Positions 57,894 to 64,000 of a stretch of DNA of 64,000 nt are shown piece after piece. Origin of the DNA: a virus (lineage: Duplodnaviria > Heunggongvirae > Uroviricota > Caudoviricetes). The notes below the pieces were generated by a model. It was not told where the DNA came from, ran no database searches, and saw only the letters and a program-made list of their open reading frames with translations. The first letter of the stretch is position 1. Every line of letters starts with the position of its first letter. Made by a program: the position numbers and the translations under genes. The DNA lies in the IMG/VR virus record IMGVR_UViG_3300025765_000001; one strand, 5' to 3'.

Positions 57894-58935
57894 AGTTTCA
57901 AGTCTAGACAGTGGGTATGTCGCTGGGGATTTGTCGATCTACCCGCAAACCCTTGATGACAAAGAGACGTTGTACGAAGCCCGCAACAATGCCGAAACCA
58001 CGCTCAAGCAGAGCATGACCTACAACGCCAAGAATATAGTTGTTGAAGATGCTTCTGGGTTTCCTCCCAACGGCCTTCTCCGTATTGGCCCCAAGAGCGG
58101 CGTCCCTGGAATGGCCGAGCTTGTGTACTACGGCAAGAAGGCTGGGAACGTATTCGGTGAATTGATTCGGGGCTTCGCTGGTTCTAGACAAAACTCGTGG
58201 CCTGCGGGGGGCTATGTAGCCAATTCTGTAATGGCAGAACACCATAATGCCTTGAAAGATGCATTGCTCAATATAGAACACAACATAGGGCTGAAGGATT
58301 TCCCAGACCCGCTATCCCTGAATGGCATGTTGAAAAATTTGGAAAGTAGATTCCTCGCACCAAAGCCTATTTTTCGTGGGTTCCCCTTGAAAGGACCGCC
58401 CGGCCTGAAGGTGAGATTCCAAAACTTCTCAGGAGGGGATGTCATTCGTTTTCTATGGGATTTTGGAGACGGCACAACCTCAATCGAGAGGAACCCAACT
58501 CATGCATACCCTCAAAAGGGTTTCTATACGATCAAGTTGAACATCATCACCAGCACTGGTGCCCAAGGGATAGCGGTGAAAAGCAACTATGTGAAGATTT
58601 CAGAAGATGAAAACATACCTTTCTTCTATGTGGAGAAAATTAGTGGCGACGAAGATTCGCAAGGGAGGGGCTATTCGGTAGAGTCGGCTATGGCCGAAGG
58701 CAAGCAGCCAGCGGTATACAGGTTCGTAGACCAAACCGATGGAGACATCTTCCAAAGGTATTGGGTGTTCGATGACGGCACCAACTTGAGTGTGACCGAC
58801 CCAAACATACACACCACTACCTACTCTTACCCAAGCCCTAATGTCAATGGGTACGAGCCATCGTTGCTGATCGTATTTGCGAACCAGCAGCTAAAGCGTG
58901 TGTTCTTAAACACCCCGCCAATCAAGGTCGTCTAG
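57883..58935 (+). CDS. PKD-domain virion protein
   Basis: FLWDFGDGTTSIERNPTHAY; second WVFDDG motif. Confidence 0.8.
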   Translation: MPTRVSSLDSGYVAGDLSIYPQTLDDKETLYEARNNAETTLKQSMTYNAKNIVVEDASGFPPNGLLRIGPKSGVPGMAELVYYGKKAGNVFGELIRGFAGSRQNSWPAGGYVANSVMAEHHNALKDALLNIEHNIGLKDFPDPLSLNGMLKNLESRFLAPKPIFRGFPLKGPPGLKVRFQNFSGGDVIRFLWDFGDGTTSIERNPTHAYPQKGFYTIKLNIITSTGAQGIAVKSNYVKISEDENIPFFYVEKISGDEDSQGRGYSVESAMAEGKQPAVYRFVDQTDGDIFQRYWVFDDGTNLSVTDPNIHTTTYSYPSPNVNGYEPSLLIVFANQQLKRVFLNTPPIKVV

Positions 58936-58942
58936 GAGAAAT

Positions 58943-61291
58943 ATGACTATACCCAAACCAAGTGAATTTCCAACCAAGTTTGATTCAGACGACAATCTAT
59001 TTCTCGTCCACGATTCGCTCCGGCTGGTACTGGCAGAAGACTACAACCCAGGAGATGCCAAGATAACGGTGGATGGCGATGCAGATGTTTTTCTGAAGTA
59101 CCCGCCTACTGGAATCATCACTCTCACCGAACAGTGTAGCCACATCGATCAGAGAGCGATCACGTTTTATTACGGAGCCAAAGGAGCGGTCAACACCTTT
59201 GAGAAACTAGAACTCTTGGTGGGCTTCCCAGATGTAGTAAAGCCAAAACGGGCTACAAATGTAACCCAGAACGTGATGGCCCAACACCATAACTATTTGA
59301 AGGATGCCGTCATAGCGATCCAGAAGTTTCTTGGCGTAAAAGGCACAGTAGACACAAAACCGCTTGGTGAAACCATCGAGGGCAGAATCAACTTCCTCCG
59401 CAAGCTGGTACTCACGCCAAAAGCGTGGTTCTCGGTCAACAAAAGAGTTGGCCTAATCCCATTAGAAGTTGAATTCACAGAGCAAGCATTCAGAACCGGC
59501 AATGGCTCTGATGTCACGTTCATCTGGGACTTCGAGGATCACACATGCTCTGCCATATCGATCATATCTACCGTCTCTGGGATTTCGATTATTTCGGGAG
59601 CATCGTGCATCTGCACGCTCTCAACCATATCAGTTACTAACGTAGTCCCAATCAGCGAAACCAATGTAAGCGTCATCGACATAGACGGAGGCACGTTAAA
59701 GAAGACTTATACCGTCCCAGGGAAGTACAGTGTAAAACTCACGGTGAGAAATCAATATGGTGAGGACTCCGTGCTATTTGAAGATTTGATTAACGCAAGG
59801 ATTCCAGCACCAGATGAGGCGGTAATCAACTTCATTTCTAGGTCGGGGCAGATAATTACTCCTGGCTCACCATCCGGTGGTCCCTACACAACGCCGCCTA
59901 GAATCAGGTCGGCAGCCAATGCATTCATCGACATGCGGGTGGGTGCCGAAGACCCAGAAGACAATTCCAGTTTCAATCCGGCTACAGGCAGATCGTATGG
60001 TGGTGAGTTACTGGAAGATTTCAGTTCGGTAGACCCCATTATCGAATATACTTGGAATCTCGCCGATGATCTAGAACACCAAAACCTGCCTACGGCGAGG
60101 GCCGGATACAGCATTGGTGGTATCTACGATCTGGTGTTGAGAGTGGATACGCAATTGGGTGCATACAGAATTACAACCTATGAAGACGCAATAGATGTCA
60201 TTGAACGCAACAACATGTGGTTGTGGCTCTATGGGTCTGATGCCTTGACCGTGACCTCTTACGAGTTTGGCCTGCTAAGTGAGACTTTCAAGAAGTCGGT
60301 AGCGGGATTGCCGGTGGTCAAAAGTAATGCATTCCTAACAGGAACACATAACGAGACAGCGGCAAAGAGGGAATTTGAGAGAAATACCGGCTTCACTCCC
60401 AGAGGCACTACACCTTCTGGCAGTGGCGGGTCAGCGTATTTGTTTTGGGCCAGTGGCGGCTCGCTTGCATCACAAACGATCAAGACGAGTGAGTACAACG
60501 GTTTTACAGACCTGTACTCCGATCCGGGCGACTTCCCTGTTACTATTACTCGCCCCTGGAATTGGGTATTCCTTAGTTCGGGCGAAAAGGCTTATTTTGT
60601 ACTAGGTTCTGATGATACTCCGACGCCGTTCACAAACGAATCCCTACAGAAAATCGGCAGACTAGATTTAGCATCTAATGTGTTCTCGACCGATCTCATT
60701 TCGCTAGCCTTCTACAAAAACGGTGCAAACGAGTTACAGAATCACCCGGTAGGGACGCTGGGATACGATGGGTCTGGCGAGCCATTGGCTGGCAGGTTTG
60801 CAGTCTATCGGTCGGCCTGGAAGGATAATGTAGGGTACTTCTTGAGAAACGACAATGTAGGCAGCTTCTTTAAGATCAAAAACTTCTACAGAACAGAGGG
60901 AACAACAGGTGATCCATTCTTAGCTTTGAAGAAGCTCCCAGATATGAGCGGTCCTGTAAGGGTGGAAGGACAGTTGATCCCGCTATCCAATGGCGTCTAC
61001 TTCTTCGGTAATTCTGGAAGCATATCTGCCTACAACGACTCCGCTGGTGTCTGGGAAACTGGTGGTCCTAGTTCAAATTCGGTCTCGTTCCGTTCGGTAC
61101 AGGACGTGACCACAAGTGGTTTTGATAACCCTGCTAACACGCTCCTGGGTACTTCAGACAGCGACAAGGTTGTATACCTGAGCTTTGACTATAGCCCCAA
61201 TGCTTTCGTGAAGTTCAACGCACAAGAATTAACTTTCACCAACATGGGCGGCAGACCTAGTGGAACTCAGTGGATAATGGGAGTCTTCTGA
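58943..61291 (+). CDS. PKD-domain virion protein, paralog of 57883-58935
   Basis: Shared N-terminal domain (DSDDNLFLV...VMAQHHN.LKDA); FIWDFED, YTVPGKYSVKLTV. Confidence 0.75.
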   Translation: MTIPKPSEFPTKFDSDDNLFLVHDSLRLVLAEDYNPGDAKITVDGDADVFLKYPPTGIITLTEQCSHIDQRAITFYYGAKGAVNTFEKLELLVGFPDVVKPKRATNVTQNVMAQHHNYLKDAVIAIQKFLGVKGTVDTKPLGETIEGRINFLRKLVLTPKAWFSVNKRVGLIPLEVEFTEQAFRTGNGSDVTFIWDFEDHTCSAISIISTVSGISIISGASCICTLSTISVTNVVPISETNVSVIDIDGGTLKKTYTVPGKYSVKLTVRNQYGEDSVLFEDLINARIPAPDEAVINFISRSGQIITPGSPSGGPYTTPPRIRSAANAFIDMRVGAEDPEDNSSFNPATGRSYGGELLEDFSSVDPIIEYTWNLADDLEHQNLPTARAGYSIGGIYDLVLRVDTQLGAYRITTYEDAIDVIERNNMWLWLYGSDALTVTSYEFGLLSETFKKSVAGLPVVKSNAFLTGTHNETAAKREFERNTGFTPRGTTPSGSGGSAYLFWASGGSLASQTIKTSEYNGFTDLYSDPGDFPVTITRPWNWVFLSSGEKAYFVLGSDDTPTPFTNESLQKIGRLDLASNVFSTDLISLAFYKNGANELQNHPVGTLGYDGSGEPLAGRFAVYRSAWKDNVGYFLRNDNVGSFFKIKNFYRTEGTTGDPFLALKKLPDMSGPVRVEGQLIPLSNGVYFFGNSGSISAYNDSAGVWETGGPSSNSVSFRSVQDVTTSGFDNPANTLLGTSDSDKVVYLSFDYSPNAFVKFNAQELTFTNMGGRPSGTQWIMGVF

Positions 61292-61341
61292 AATAGGTCA
61301 CAGGGAGGGTAAATAGAAAGTAACAGGTTAAGAGGAAAAGA

Positions 61342-64000
61342 ATGCCAATAGGTTATCCGCCGCTACCAGTATTTCCTTTAGCGTTGGACTCCGACAGAAC
61401 CCTATTTCTCGTTCACAACACAGCGGAGGCAGAACTAGCTGCCGACAATCAGCCGTGGGCCGAAGAAATTCAGGTTGTACCGGTGAACGCTGATGCTTCG
61501 GAGCAATGGGCGGACAACGGGTTTGCCAACCTAAACGGCGAACTATTCTACTATGATGCTGTAGAAAAAAATGGCTTTGGCAAGGTCTTTAAGCTCAAAC
61601 GGTGTGCTAGAAACCTGGGGGGCAAAAAGACACAATTCAACGCTGCTGGAAGGGGTAGTATCGTTAGAGGCTATGTTATAGCCGAACACCATAATCAAAT
61701 CGTTCAGGCGGTTTTGAACATCGAGGAGTTCGTTGGCAAGAACTTGTCAGAAGACCCGGAAACCATCGATTTCAAGATCAGGAACCTAGCTGACGAGCCG
61801 GATTGCATCGATGATCATGAGTGCCCAGATGTAACCTTTAACTTCCAGATAGTGGAAGAAGGAAGCGATAATTGCACAGGCACGCTGGCAAGGTACGATG
61901 TCGATGTACAGGGTAACTTCACTAGTTTTAGAATAGACTTCGGCGACGGCAACTTTACAACTTCGGAACAATCTGGAGAACACAGATACCCGCCTAATGC
62001 CACAATCGATCCCGTAGTAACCGTCTCGAACAACAAATGCGAGGTAGTTCAGACGCCTATCGAGCGAACCAACCCAGAGGAGCCGCCGAAAGCCGACAAG
62101 CCTGAGTTGTTCACGGTCCCGATTCCAGAGATTGTAATACCGCCGTTTGTGACACCGGACATTACAACCCCTGAAACGACGTTAACCACGCCGCCAATTG
62201 TGTTGCCCTGCATAAGTGGCACCACTGGTCAAACCGACATTACGATCCCGTCAATAATTCAGATCGACCCACCGATCCCCACAGTCATCAGTATAAGCAT
62301 AGTTTTGCCTACGCTTACTCCAATCAGTTTGGTTGTGCCAGAGATTACGCCAATCTCGGTAACGGGGCCTCAATTCAGCCCTATCACCATTGCTGGGCCA
62401 AGCTACAGTCCGTTTAGCATCAGTGGGCCAAGCTACAGTCCGTTCAGCATCAGTGGGCCAAGTTATAGTCCGTTCTCGATCACAGGACCGAGTTATTCTC
62501 CGTTCTCGATCACAGGACCGAGCTATTCTCCGTTCTCAATTACAGGGCCTACTTACACCCCGTTCTCGATCACAGGACCAGAATACAGTCCGTTCAGCAT
62601 TACAGGACCGAGTTATTCTCCGTTCTCGATCACAGGGCCGGAGTACAGTCCGATTAGCATCACAGGGCCGACGTATACTCCGTTCTCGATTACAGGACCA
62701 GAATACAGTCCATTCAGCATCACAGGGCCGGAGTACAGTCCGATTAGCATCACAGGGCCGACGTACACCCCGTTCTCGATCACAGGACCAGAATACAGTC
62801 CATTCAGCATCACAGGGCCGGAGTACAGTCCGATTAGCATCACAGGGCCGACGTATACTCCGTTCTCGATCACAGGACCAGAATACAGTCCATTCAGCAT
62901 CACAGGGCCGGAGTACAGTCCGATTAGCATCACAGGGCCGACGTACACCCCGTTCTCGATCACAGGACCGGAGTACAGCCCGTTCTCGATCACAGGGCCG
63001 GAGTACAGTCCGATTAGCATCACAGGGCCGACGTATACTCCGTTCTCGATCACAGGACCGGAGTACAGCCCATTCTCGATCACAGGGCCGGAGTACAGTC
63101 CGATTAGCATCACAGGGCCGACGTATACTCCGTTCTCGATCACAGGACCGGAGTACAGCCCGTTCTCGATCACAGGGCCGGAGTACAGTCCGATTAGCAT
63201 CACAGGGCCGACGTACACTCCGTTCTCGATCACAGGACCGGAGTACAGCCCATTCTCGATCACAGGACCGGAGTACAGCCCATTCTCGATCACAGGACCG
63301 GAGTACAGCCCATTCAGCATCACAGGACCGACGTATACTCCGTTCTCGATCACAGGACCGGAGTACAGCCCGTTCTCGATCACAGGGCCGGAGTACAGTC
63401 CGATTAGCATCACAGGGCCGACGTACACTCCGTTCTCGATCACAGGACCGGAGTACAGCCCATTCTCGATCACAGGACCGGAGTACAGCCCATTCTCGAT
63501 CACAGGACCGGAGTACAGCCCATTCAGCATCACAGGACCGACGTATACTCCGTTCTCGATCACAGGACCGGAGTACAGCCCGTTCTCGATCACAGGGCCG
63601 GAGTACAGTCCGATTAGCATCACAGGGCCGACGTACACTCCGTTCTCGATCACAGGACCGGAGTACAGCCCATTCTCGATCACAGGACCGGAGTACAGCC
63701 CATTCTCGATCACAGGACCGGAGTACAGCCCATTCAGCATCACAGGACCGACGTATACTCCGTTCTCGATCACAGGACCGGAGTACAGCCCGTTCTCGAT
63801 CACAGGGCCGGAGTACAGTCCGATTAGCATCACAGGGCCGACGTACACTCCGTTCTCGATCACAGGACCGGAGTACAGTCCATTCAGCATCACAGGACCA
63901 GAATACAGTCCATTCAGCATCACAGGACCGGAGTACAGCCCATTCTCGATCACAGGGCCGGAGTATGCCCCGTTTTCAATTACAGGACCGGCATACAGTC
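61342..64000 (+). CDS. Fibre-like virion protein with ([10 protein letters not shown])n repeats; runs off the window end (not in ORF track)
   Basis: ATG 61342 [26 protein letters not shown]; AEHHN motif; IDFGDG; open through 64000. Confidence 0.85.
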   Translation, partial: MPIGYPPLPVFPLALDSDRTLFLVHNTAEAELAADNQPWAEEIQVVPVNADASEQWADNGFANLNGELFYYDAVEKNGFGKVFKLKRCARNLGGKKTQFNAAGRGSIVRGYVIAEHHNQIVQAVLNIEEFVGKNLSEDPETIDFKIRNLADEPDCIDDHECPDVTFNFQIVEEGSDNCTGTLARYDVDVQGNFTSFRIDFGDGNFTTSEQSGEHRYPPNATIDPVVTVSNNKCEVVQTPIERTNPEEPPKADKPELFTVPIPEIVIPPFVTPDITTPETTLTTPPIVLPCISGTTGQTDITIPSIIQIDPPIPTVISISIVLPTLTPISLVVPEITPISVTGPQFSPITIAGPSYSPFSISGPSYSPFSISGPSYSPFSITGPSYSPFSITGPSYSPFSITGPTYTPFSITGPEYSPFSITGPSYSPFSITGPEYSPISITGPTYTPFSITGPEYSPFSITGPEYSPISITGPTYTPFSITGPEYSPFSITGPEYSPISITGPTYTPFSITGPEYSPFSITGPEYSPISITGPTYTPFSITGPEYSPFSITGPEYSPISITGPTYTPFSITGPEYSPFSITGPEYSPISITGPTYTPFSITGPEYSPFSITGPEYSPISITGPTYTPFSITGPEYSPFSITGPEYSPFSITGPEYSPFSITGPTYTPFSITGPEYSPFSITGPEYSPISITGPTYTPFSITGPEYSPFSITGPEYSPFSITGPEYSPFSITGPTYTPFSITGPEYSPFSITGPEYSPISITGPTYTPFSITGPEYSPFSITGPEYSPFSITGPEYSPFSITGPTYTPFSITGPEYSPFSITGPEYSPISITGPTYTPFSITGPEYSPFSITGPEYSPFSITGPEYSPFSITGPEYAPFSITGPAYS
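62371..64000 (+). repeat. 30-bp coding tandem repeat, about 54 units, with 90-bp and 210-bp higher-order periods
   Basis: Consensus GAGTACAGYCCRTTCTCGATCACAGGRCCG; an ACGTA-starting unit recurs every 90 bp (62671-63211), and the ACGTATACTC variant every 210 bp (63121, 63331, 63541, 63751). Confidence 0.95.

Noticed and set aside
62613-63953. 446-aa minus-strand ORF ([10 protein letters not shown] repeats)
   Set aside because: It is the antisense shadow of the stop-free repeat. The + strand frame is continuous with the gene starting at 61342 and variation is synonymous in that frame.
62371-64000. CRISPR array
   Set aside because: The 30-bp units are contiguous with no unique spacers and encode a peptide repeat

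Overview
The window looks like a segment of a large (jumbo-type) myovirus genome. Several accessory proteins point to a Planctomycetota host. Positions 1-27 kb are an accessory region: a DNA methyltransferase, ParB-like proteins, two plant HPAT/SGT-like glycosyltransferases, Hsp20, ClpP, a RecD-like helicase, HD/HAD/histidine phosphatases, peptidases, a catalytically dead CCA-adding-enzyme homolog, IS200/IS605/IS607 remnants and several pseudogenes. Positions 27-64 kb are mainly a + strand tail morphogenesis cluster: a gp2-like protein, a 4142-aa tape measure, baseplate hub/spike/wedge genes, tandem SET-domain proteins, PKD-type virion proteins and an unfinished fibre-like ORF with more than 50 copies of a 10-aa repeat. 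The most striking feature is at about 9.3-11 kb (minus strand). There a conserved 246-aa protein gene is followed by about 650 nt of highly structured non-coding RNA containing two circularly permuted tRNA-like domains: one is tRNA-Met(CAU)-like with a 266-nt structured insert, and one has YrlA/Y-RNA topology. RGATCY appears absent and GCGC/CGCG are very rare on manual reading. All family assignments come from motif recognition by eye, not from database searches.
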